Shown: piece after piece, positions 1 through 6,606 of the stretch
Layout of the letters: each line of letters opens with the position of its first letter
How positions within the stretch are numbered: the stretch's first letter is position 1
Assembly (NCBI GenBank): GCA_036702135.1
Contig: JAUBSB010000012.1
From: Microcoleus sp. LAD1_D3
GTDB taxonomy: Bacteria > Cyanobacteriota > Cyanobacteriia > Cyanobacteriales > Microcoleaceae
Reading direction: 5' to 3' (one strand)
DNA length: 32,000 nt
Notes under the pieces: generated by a model
Databases searched by the model: none
The model's input: the letters and a program-made list of their open reading frames with translations, nothing else
Told to the model about the DNA's origin: nothing
Program-made: the position numbers and the translations under genes

Positions 1-90
1 ATAAGTGTAACTCGGTTCGCTTGGGAGCACAAAATCCTGATTCATCTAAATATTTTAAGTCGATTTCTCCCGCAGCACACTTTTTAACGC

Positions 91-333
91 TTAAACTTTG
101 AGCGGCAATTGTGTTTGAATTGGAACGCTGTTTTCATCCAATACAGACACCGCATTTACGAACACAATTGTATGCGGGACTGCCGGCATTAAGCGGCGCA
201 GCGCGTTCAAGTAAGATTCGGCATCGGGGCGGCGGGCGAAACGGGCGACTGTTAACCGCTGACAGTTGGGGAGGTGGCGAATTAGATGCCAAGGTTGAAG
301 TCGATCGCGATATGTCGATTGTTTTGGTATCAT
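91..333 (-). CDS. small basic hypothetical protein (80 aa), no recognisable domain
   Basis: ORF-track ORF. The minus-strand translation looks protein-like (ARFARRPDAESYLNALRRLMP helix-like segment), whereas the overlapping plus-strand ORF 111-335 is an Arg/Gly-rich shadow. Divergent from the XRE pair. Coding status itself is uncertain. Confidence 0.4.
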   Translation of the reverse strand: MIPKQSTYRDRLQPWHLIRHLPNCQRLTVARFARRPDAESYLNALRRLMPAVPHTIVFVNAVSVLDENSVPIQTQLPLKV

Positions 334-433
334 AGGAAAATCCTTCCCACTTTTGTGGGTGGTGAATGAAAGGCGATCGCTCTAGATTTCTCAGGTCAGG
401 GGGCGATCGCTAATTTGATAATATTAATCTTAT

Positions 434-447
434 GATACGTTCGTATC
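434..447. promoter_or_regulatory. 14-bp palindrome GATACGttCGTATC, candidate XRE operator
   Basis: Perfect 6-2-6 dyad ending 17 nt upstream of the ATG of the first XRE gene (464). A related copy lies at 956-969. Confidence 0.35.
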
Positions 448-463
448 GACTGTCAAGTGCAAG

Positions 464-676
464 ATGGGTCTAATTCGGTTGCGGGTTCGAGAACTAGCTG
501 AAGAGAAGGGTTGGACGTTGAAAGAAGTTTCTGAGCGATCGGGCATTCCTTACAGTACGGTTAGAAGCTATGCCCATTCTCCCAAGCTGGCAACGGTAGA
601 TTACACAGCTTTAAACAAAATGGCTCGCGTGTTTGATATTGCGATCGAAGATTTAGTTGAGATTTTGGAAGAGTAG
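464..676 (+). CDS. XRE/Cro-C1-type helix-turn-helix transcriptional regulator (70 aa)
   Basis: Typical short HTH_3-like pattern: LRVRELAEEKGWTLKEVSERSGIPYSTVRSYA (helix-turn-helix) followed by a short C-terminal helix. ATG start. Confidence 0.85.
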   Translation: MGLIRLRVRELAEEKGWTLKEVSERSGIPYSTVRSYAHSPKLATVDYTALNKMARVFDIAIEDLVEILEE

Positions 677-696
677 GCTGATTTTTTGCTGGGAAT

Positions 697-909
697 ATGG
701 GACGAATTAGGCTGCGAGTTCGAGAATTTGCTCAAGAGAAGGGTTGGAATCTGACAGAAGTCTCCAACAGAACAGGTATTCCATATACCACGATCATTAC
801 CTATGCCAATTCTCCAGGCATGGCTACCGTTGACTACACAGCTTTGGACAAGATGGCCAGTGCGTTCGATATTGCGATCGAAGATTTAGTCGAGATTTTG
901 GAACAGTAA
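697..909 (+). CDS. XRE-type HTH regulator, tandem paralog of 464-676 (52/70 residues identical by my alignment)
   Basis: Same length and architecture, 233-bp duplication register. The 3' ends are nearly identical at nucleotide level (gatattgcgatcgaagatttagt[t/c]gagattttggaa). Differences cluster in the predicted recognition helix (YSTVRSYAH vs YTTIITYAN). Confidence 0.85.
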   Translation: MGRIRLRVREFAQEKGWNLTEVSNRTGIPYTTIITYANSPGMATVDYTALDKMASAFDIAIEDLVEILEQ

Positions 910-955
910 ACTGATTGTGCGTAAACGACGGCTCTTGCGTTAGCACTTTTTACAC

Positions 956-969
956 GATACTTGCGTATA
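956..969. promoter_or_regulatory. degenerate copy of the 434-447 dyad (GATACttgCGTATa), candidate operator upstream of the STAND locus
   Basis: 11 of 14 positions identical to the 434-447 palindrome. Lies about 60 nt upstream of the probable ATG (1030) of the N-domain ORF. Confidence 0.25.
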
Positions 970-1029
970 TTGGAATTTTCCGGCTGTAGACTAGAGTCAG
1001 GAGTTGTTCAGTCTGCCGGAGTTATATCA

Positions 1030-1521
1030 ATGCCAATTAATCGTCTGTCTGACATAGAAGAAAACTTGGAATTGCTGCAAGAGCAATTAGTGGGCAAGCA
1101 GAAGGCTCTAAATTTAGCACCGCAAGAAGACAAGATCCGAATTAAACTGCAAATTCGAGAGCTACGCAAGGATATTCGGGAGCAGGAAGAGGATTATTGG
1201 CAGGTTTTCGCTCGGCAAACGAAAACAGAAGAAATTCCCGAACATGAGGCTGAGGTTATTGTTGCCGAGATTGTCGAAGAAGTTGGACAAATTGAAGTGC
1301 GGCGACAGTATCCCGATGAGGTAGTTCAGATTTTGCAGGAAATTCGGGACAAGCTAAACCAACCGGGACCGACAGCGGCCGCGAAACTTAAAGGCGTAAT
1401 CTCAAGCATTCCGCCGTTTGTAGGAATTTCCTACGAGGCAGAATTGGATACAGAGAATGTTTTACAGCAGCATTTCCCAACGTTTCGGAAATGGGCTAAG
1501 GTATTTGCAAAAAAGTCTTAG
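1030..1521 (+). CDS. coiled-coil / helical N-terminal-domain protein (163 aa), probably the N-terminal module of the downstream STAND NTPase
   Basis: The ORF-track ORF 961-1521 begins at TTG. The ATG at 1030 is preceded by GGAG 8 nt upstream. Heptad-like charged helix (LSDIEENLELLQEQLVGKQKALNL...IRIKLQIRELRKDIREQEEDYW), then an acidic helix and a short hydrophobic patch (KLKGVISSIPPFVGISYEAEL). Ends AAA AAG TCT TAG, overlapping the open NB-ARC frame. Confidence 0.7.
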   Translation: MPINRLSDIEENLELLQEQLVGKQKALNLAPQEDKIRIKLQIRELRKDIREQEEDYWQVFARQTKTEEIPEHEAEVIVAEIVEEVGQIEVRRQYPDEVVQILQEIRDKLNQPGPTAAAKLKGVISSIPPFVGISYEAELDTENVLQQHFPTFRKWAKVFAKKS

Positions 1522-1551
1522 ACCTGGAGCCCAAAACACCTAATCCAGGTT
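1509..1551 (+). promoter_or_regulatory. candidate programmed -1 ribosomal frameshift cassette (A_AAA_AAG heptamer, 6-nt spacer, 7-9 bp hairpin)
   Basis: The heptamer at 1509-1515 is phased X_XXY_YYZ in the upstream frame. The 0-frame stop is at 1519-1521. Hairpin arms are ACCTGGA 1522-1528 and TCCAGGT 1544-1550, with a 15-nt loop. The -1 frame is the NB-ARC frame, open from 1500. Confidence 0.4.
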
Positions 1552-1625
1552 TCACAAGTTTTTACCAACTATACGATATTCCCTCTGAACTCGGTTCAAA
1601 AAACTTTGTCGGACGGGATGAGGAA

Positions 1626-4046
1626 ATGCAGCAGTTGCACGGATTGTTGCAGGATGGGAGCCGCGTTGCCATTGCCGCTGCGTCGGGAATGGGCGGCATC
1701 GGCAAGACAGAATTGGCATGGCAGTATGCAAACTTTCACCGCGAACACAACACCTATCCAGCGGGGATTTGGTGGCTGTTTGTCCGGGACAACGATTTAG
1801 CGCCGCAGGTGTTGCAGAAAGCGCTGCGAATGGGAATTCAGCCGCCGGATACTCTCGACAATCTGGAGGAACGGTTGCAGTTTTGCTACGAAGAGTGGGC
1901 AAAACAAACCTCTGGCAATGCTCTGCTGGTATTGGATGATGTCAACGATTACCGCGCGGTGCAGCGGTTGCTGCCTAGAAATCCCCGCTTTAAGGTGTTG
2001 CTGACAGCGCGACAATTTGTGCCGTCGCCTGTGGGGTGTTTGCCGTTAAAAGTTTTGAAACCAGAGGCGGCGCTAAACTTGCTGCGGCTGACGGCTGGGG
2101 ATTTGCCGGGAAACGGGCTGGGACGGATTGATGCCCAGCTTGAAGATGCTCAAGCGCTTTGTCAGTGGTTGGATTATTTGCCTTTGGGCATTGAACTGGT
2201 GGGGCGCTATCTGCGGCGCAAGCGGGCGCTGTCCTTGGCAGAAATGCTGCAACGGTTGCAGAGTCAGCGATTGGAGGCACGGGCATTGCGGGAGGCGGAA
2301 GCTGGGATGACGGCTAGGCGCGGAGTGGCGGCAGCTTTTGAGTTGAGTTGGGCGGAGTTGAAATCTCCGGCGCGGACGCTGGGGTGTCTGCTGAGCGTGT
2401 TTGCTCTGGCTCCGATTCCTTGGGAGTTGGTAGCTGAGTGTTTGCCGGATTGGGATGAGGAGGAGTTGGAGGATTGTCGGGATTACGAACTGCTGGAACA
2501 AAGTTTGCTGTCCCTGGTGGAGGATGAAACCTCAGATTCGGGTCAATCTGGGCTGGTGCAGCCACGCTATCAACTTCATGGTTTGATTCGGGAGTTTTTT
2601 GCGGCAAAATTGCAGGGGCGCGCCGATACTGAGATTTTGCGGAGCAACTTTGCAGTGGTGCTGACAGCGGTGGCGAAGACGATTCCGCAGACTGTGACGC
2701 TGGAGGTGCAGGAACGGGTGAAGGAGGCGCTGCCCCATTTGGAGGTGGTGGCGGAGCAATGGTCGCATTTGCTGGAAGATAAGGATGCTGTGTGGTCTTT
2801 TACGAGCTTAGGGTGGGTTGCTCAGGGACAGAGTTCTTGGGTAGAGGCGGAGAAGTGGTTCAAAGCTTGTCTCCAGATGACACAGCAACGCTGCGGAGCC
2901 GACCATCCCGGTACGGCAACCAGTTTGAACAATCTGGCAGACCTATACCGTGCAATGGAACGCTACCCGGAGGCGGAACCGTTATTAGTGCGATCACTCG
3001 CCATCATAGAGCAACAGCTCGGAGCTGACCATCCCCAGACGGCTATGAGTTTGAACAATCTGGCAGCCCTGTACTATGCAATGGGTCGCTACGCGGAGGC
3101 GGAACCGTTATTAGTGCGATCGCTCTCTATTTACCAGCAGCAGCTAGGAGCCGACCATCTCAATACCGCTCCGACTTTGAACAATCTGGCAGAGCTATAC
3201 TGTGCAATGAGACGCTACTCGGAGGCGGAACCCTTCTTCGTGCGATCGCTCGCCATCATAGAGCAGCAGCTCGGAGCCGAGCATCCCCACACGGCTATGA
3301 GTTTGAATAATCTGGCAACTCTGTACTATGCAACGGGACGGTACGCGGAGGCGGAACCGTTATTAGTGCGATCGCTCGCCATCATAGAGCAGCAGCTAGG
3401 AACCGAGCATCCCCATACTGCTCAGAGTTTGAACAATCTGGCAGAGCTATACCGTGCAATGAGACGCTACTCGGAGGCGGAACCCTTGTTAGTGCGATCG
3501 CTCTCTATCCATGAGCAGCAGCTCGGAGCCGACCATCCCACTACGGCAAAGAGTTTGAACAATCTGGCAGGGCTATACGAGTCAATGGGACGCTACCCGG
3601 AAGCAGAACCCTTGTTAGTGCGATCGCTCTCTATCAACAAACTGCTGTTCGGAGCCGACCATCCTCATACGGCAACGAGTTTGAACAATCTGGCACATCT
3701 GTACCATGCAATGGGACGCTACCCCGAGGCGGAATTCTTGTATCTGCGATCGCTCACGATTAACGAGCAGCAGTTCGGAGCCGACCATCCTCATACGGCA
3801 GCTAGTTTGAACAATCTGGCATGGCTCTACTATGCAATGGGTCGCTACCCGGAGGCAGAACCGTTTTTTCTGGGAGCATTAGAAATCTTGTTTAACCAAT
3901 TGGGGAAGAATCATCCCGACACCCAAAGAGTTTGTAGGAATTTCATTAATTTTCTCCAGCAGGCCACATCAACTGGTCAAGACTCGCAACTTTCCCAGCA
4001 TCCAACAACGCAAGCAATGGTTAAGCGAGTTCGGGAGACGGAGTAG
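1626..4046 (+). CDS. STAND NTPase, NB-ARC domain + TPR (TPR_10/TPR_12, kinesin-light-chain-like) repeats
   Basis: Walker A GMGGIGKTELA, Walker B LLVLDDVND, LLTAR (RNBS-B-like), YLPLGIELVG (GLPL motif), then a helical/winged-helix region and eight 42-aa TPR units plus a cap. The frame is open from 1500 with no ATG/GTG/TTG before 1626, and the pre-P-loop segment NFVGRDEEMQQLH spans the first ATG. The true N-terminus is therefore probably upstream (see frameshift cassette). Confidence 0.9.
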   Translation: MQQLHGLLQDGSRVAIAAASGMGGIGKTELAWQYANFHREHNTYPAGIWWLFVRDNDLAPQVLQKALRMGIQPPDTLDNLEERLQFCYEEWAKQTSGNALLVLDDVNDYRAVQRLLPRNPRFKVLLTARQFVPSPVGCLPLKVLKPEAALNLLRLTAGDLPGNGLGRIDAQLEDAQALCQWLDYLPLGIELVGRYLRRKRALSLAEMLQRLQSQRLEARALREAEAGMTARRGVAAAFELSWAELKSPARTLGCLLSVFALAPIPWELVAECLPDWDEEELEDCRDYELLEQSLLSLVEDETSDSGQSGLVQPRYQLHGLIREFFAAKLQGRADTEILRSNFAVVLTAVAKTIPQTVTLEVQERVKEALPHLEVVAEQWSHLLEDKDAVWSFTSLGWVAQGQSSWVEAEKWFKACLQMTQQRCGADHPGTATSLNNLADLYRAMERYPEAEPLLVRSLAIIEQQLGADHPQTAMSLNNLAALYYAMGRYAEAEPLLVRSLSIYQQQLGADHLNTAPTLNNLAELYCAMRRYSEAEPFFVRSLAIIEQQLGAEHPHTAMSLNNLATLYYATGRYAEAEPLLVRSLAIIEQQLGTEHPHTAQSLNNLAELYRAMRRYSEAEPLLVRSLSIHEQQLGADHPTTAKSLNNLAGLYESMGRYPEAEPLLVRSLSINKLLFGADHPHTATSLNNLAHLYHAMGRYPEAEFLYLRSLTINEQQFGADHPHTAASLNNLAWLYYAMGRYPEAEPFFLGALEILFNQLGKNHPDTQRVCRNFINFLQQATSTGQDSQLSQHPTTQAMVKRVRETE
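2895..3902 (+). repeat. 8 tandem 126-bp (42-codon) coding repeats, plus a degenerate ninth unit to about 3960
   Basis: Unit starts fall at 2895, 3021, 3147, 3273, 3399, 3525, 3651 and 3777, in exact 126-bp register. Consensus is GADHPxTAxSLNNLAxLYxxMGRYxEAEPLLVRSLxIxEQQL. Most units carry a HIP1 site (gtGCGATCGCtc). Confidence 0.95.
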
Positions 4047-4208
4047 CTGTTACTGCTAGAACGATTGTTGCCAATTTCTCACTCAAATTTTTGGCGCATC
4101 GCTTCATCTACAAAACTCCAGTTTCCAGACAGGAAGACAATGATTTGCAATTCGTCGCCTGCGAAAATGTAAACTTCATCGCTTTGTGGATCACAGCGGA
4201 ATAGTGAG

Positions 4209-4454
4209 TTACACAACCTCTTCTAATTCAGGAATATGTTCAGCTTCATAGTTTTCGATTAAAACACCAATAACGTCCATCATCGAAGCCAGGGGATGAC
4301 TTTCATCCTCGCCCACTCGCTCGATAAGGCTATCTAGTAGTTCGACTAAACGCTCGTATTCCTGTTCGGTGTGAGGGACAAAAACCATTTTAGCAATGGA
4401 TGACCAAGCACCAATTGTTTGATCGAGATTAAGACTTTGCATCATTCTTTCCAC
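4209..4454 (-). CDS. HigA-like antitoxin, N-terminal (toxin-binding) domain only; no HTH domain
   Basis: Immediately downstream of, and overlapping, higB. An alternative ATG at 4445 gives the classic ATGA stop/start overlap. The sequence (TEQEYERLVELLDSLIE...DESHPLASMMDVIGVLIENYE) resembles the N-terminal half of E. coli HigA as I recall it. The ORF stops where the HTH would begin. Confidence 0.6.
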   Translation of the reverse strand: MERMMQSLNLDQTIGAWSSIAKMVFVPHTEQEYERLVELLDSLIERVGEDESHPLASMMDVIGVLIENYEAEHIPELEEVV

Positions 4455-4729
4455 CTTTCTTCATCGTATTCTGAGTGAGTTAATACAGCTCGAATGTAGA
4501 CTTTGTGCCGATTGTAATGAATAGCAGCAATGAGTCTAACTTTATTCCCTCCAATGTTGAAAACAGTCAATTTCCCGACTCGATCCGCCGATGGAAATAT
4601 TTCGCGGAGTTCAACGAATGTCGCAAATTCATTTTGTTTGACGAGTTTGTACCACTGAACCAAGGCATTTGTTGTATCTGGATGAAGTTTAGCAAACTCA
4701 TTCAGCCGTTTGCGGGTGATCACGTGCAT
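4442..4729 (-). CDS. higB: type II toxin HigB (RelE-superfamily mRNA interferase)
   Basis: MHVITRKRLNEFAKLHPD...FPSADRVGKLTVFNIGGNKVRLIAAIHYNRHKVYIRAVLTHSEYD matches the E. coli HigB/YgjN pattern (MHLITQKAL...VFNVGGNELRVVAMV...YIREVMTHKEYD). Toxin-first gene order is typical of hig loci. Confidence 0.85.
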   Translation of the reverse strand: MHVITRKRLNEFAKLHPDTTNALVQWYKLVKQNEFATFVELREIFPSADRVGKLTVFNIGGNKVRLIAAIHYNRHKVYIRAVLTHSEYDEERWKE

Positions 4730-4864
4730 ATTAATTTACTCATGCCTCCTCCTCTTTAATTTTTGGCGTTAGTCCTGTCAACGAAGCATCGAGCCAGATT
4801 CTTCGCTTCGCTCAAAATGACAGAATTACCTTAAAATGCGTAAATCCAGTTTATCAAACTCCCG

Positions 4865-4892
4865 AAAAAAAAGGGAGAAATTCTCTCTCCCC
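4865..4892 (-). terminator. intrinsic terminator downstream of ubiD
   Basis: The minus strand reads GGGAGA-gagaatt-TCTCCC followed by T8, about 30 nt after the ubiD stop (4923). Confidence 0.65.
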
Positions 4893-4922
4893 TTCTCCTC
4901 TACGCCTTTACGATTCCTTCCC

Positions 4923-6431
4923 CTACTTCATCTCATATCCAAACAAATTCGGATCGACTTCTCCCAAATTCAAATCTGCCAAACCATACTCAGCCCAACG
5001 CCGATCGACCATCGCGGCCACATCCGGATCGGACTCCAAAACTTCCCCCCATTCGTGATCGGTTTCCGGCGGCATCTTCGTAGTAGCATCAATCCCCATT
5101 CTGCCTCCCAAACCAATCTTTTCACTGGCAAAATCTAACGTATCAAAAGGCGTATTCGGCAGAATAAATACATCCCGAACCGGGTCAACTTTAGAACTAA
5201 TTGCCCAAACTACTTGACGCGGGTCGCGAATGTTGATACTTTTATCCACAACAATCACAAACTTAGTGTAAGTAAACTGCGGTAATGCACTCCAAAATGC
5301 TAAAGCAGCCCGGCGCGCTTGACCGGGATATGCTTTATCAATCGAGATAATTGCCGCTTTATAACTCAGGGCTTCCATCGGTAAGAAGAAATCGACAATT
5401 TCCGATACTTGCTGCCGCAAAATAGGGGTATAAATACGGTTAAGCGCGATCGCCATCATTGCTTCTTCTTTCGGCGGCCGCCCGCTAAATGTGGTCAGAT
5501 AAATCGGGTCTTTGCGGTGCGTCATGCAGTGGAACCGCACCAAGGGCGAATCTTCCACGCCGCCGTAATAACCCATGTGATCCCCGAAGGGCCCGTCGGG
5601 CAGAACTTCCCCTGGCGTAATCGTTCCTTCTAACACAATTTCCGAGTCCGCCGGTACTTCCAAATCTACGGTTTTGCACTTCGCCAATTGCACGCCGGAA
5701 CCGCCGTAAAGTCCGGCAAATAACCATTCCGATAAATCTACAGGAATTGGGGTTGCTGCGGCGAGAATAATCAGGGGATCGACTCCAAGGGCGATCGCAA
5801 CTTCCAACTTTTTACCAGCCTGCGCCGCTTTCCGCAAGTGTCGCGCCCCGCCCCGCACCGATAACCAGTGTACAGTCATCGTGTTTTTTGACTGCAACTG
5901 CAACCGATAAACCCCCACATTCGGAGTGCCCGTTTCGCAATCTTTGGTAATTACCAAACCCAGGGTGATAATTTTGCCCGCATCTCCCGAATAAGGGCGA
6001 ATCATCGGGATTTTGTTCAAATCCACCCCTTCTCCCTCAAATACCACTTGCTGACAAGCTGGGAAAAAGTCGCGGCCCGGTTTGGCTTTCACTACGTCGA
6101 ACAACACTTTGCCGAATTCTATCGCTTGGGAAATCTTTTTCGGCGGTTTCGGCTGTTGCAGCATTCCCAGTTTTTTGCCGAGCTCTTCTAGTTCGATCGG
6201 CTTTTCCATGTTCATCGCCCAGCAAACGCGCTCTTCCGTACCCAAGAGGTTGATTGCGACGGGGAATTCGGCCCCTTTGACGTTTTCAAACAGCAGTCCA
6301 GGGCCACCTTTTTGCAGCATTTGGTTGGAAATTTCGGCAATTTCGAGGTCGGAATCGACTAAGGCGCTAATCCGGCGCAGTTGTCCCCGTTCTTCGAGTA
6401 GTTTTAGGAATCCCCGTAAGTCTCTAGCCAT
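4923..6431 (-). CDS. ubiD: UbiD-family (4-hydroxy-3-polyprenylbenzoate) decarboxylase, plastoquinone/quinone biosynthesis
   Basis: 502 aa. The N-terminus MARDLRGFLKLLEERGQLRRISALVDSDLEIAEISNQMLQKGGPGLLFENVKG is collinear with E. coli UbiD (LRDFLTLLEQQGELKRI...GGPALLFENPKG). Confidence 0.93.
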   Translation of the reverse strand: MARDLRGFLKLLEERGQLRRISALVDSDLEIAEISNQMLQKGGPGLLFENVKGAEFPVAINLLGTEERVCWAMNMEKPIELEELGKKLGMLQQPKPPKKISQAIEFGKVLFDVVKAKPGRDFFPACQQVVFEGEGVDLNKIPMIRPYSGDAGKIITLGLVITKDCETGTPNVGVYRLQLQSKNTMTVHWLSVRGGARHLRKAAQAGKKLEVAIALGVDPLIILAAATPIPVDLSEWLFAGLYGGSGVQLAKCKTVDLEVPADSEIVLEGTITPGEVLPDGPFGDHMGYYGGVEDSPLVRFHCMTHRKDPIYLTTFSGRPPKEEAMMAIALNRIYTPILRQQVSEIVDFFLPMEALSYKAAIISIDKAYPGQARRAALAFWSALPQFTYTKFVIVVDKSINIRDPRQVVWAISSKVDPVRDVFILPNTPFDTLDFASEKIGLGGRMGIDATTKMPPETDHEWGEVLESDPDVAAMVDRRWAEYGLADLNLGEVDPNLFGYEMK

Positions 6432-6606
6432 TTTTTTTAAGAATTGTTAACGTTCTTTTGTTATTATGAGCCGATCGACTGCCACAATTTACTCTTGAAC
6501 CCCTCAAAGAATATCTATTTAACGAGCCGCGAAGACGCGAAGGGCGCCAAGAAAGAGAAAGAAGAAGATAGGTAATGCCTTGTTCGGTTCAGGAGTAGGC
6601 TGCATA

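Noticed and set aside
111-335. Plus-strand 74-aa ORF overlapping the minus-strand ORF at 91-333
   Set aside because: The translation is Arg/Gly-rich and low-complexity (RHRGGGRNGRLL, SWGGGELD), typical of an antisense shadow. The minus-strand product looks more protein-like, although that call is also weak.
1552-2768. Series of minus-strand and alternative-frame ORFs (1552-1902, 1990-2286, 2073-2501, 2314-2607, 2532-2768 and small plus-strand ones) inside the NB-ARC gene
   Set aside because: All lie within a strongly supported, motif-rich coding frame. Their translations are Pro/Arg/Gln-rich with no motifs. They are shadow ORFs of a relatively GC-rich gene.
2895-3902. Regular 126-bp periodic repeats considered as a possible CRISPR-like or satellite array
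   Set aside because: The period is a multiple of three, the array lies inside one uninterrupted ORF and it encodes canonical 42-aa TPR units. There is no repeat-spacer organisation.
4836-5138. Plus-strand 100-aa ORF
   Set aside because: It runs through the ubiD terminator and the antisense of the ubiD 3' end. The translation is low-complexity (SLPFSSTPLRFLPLL).
6082-6450. Plus-strand 122-aa ORF, and the minus-strand alternative-frame ORFs 5485-5727 and 6037-6225
   Set aside because: They are antisense to, or out of frame within, the well-supported ubiD gene, and have no motifs.
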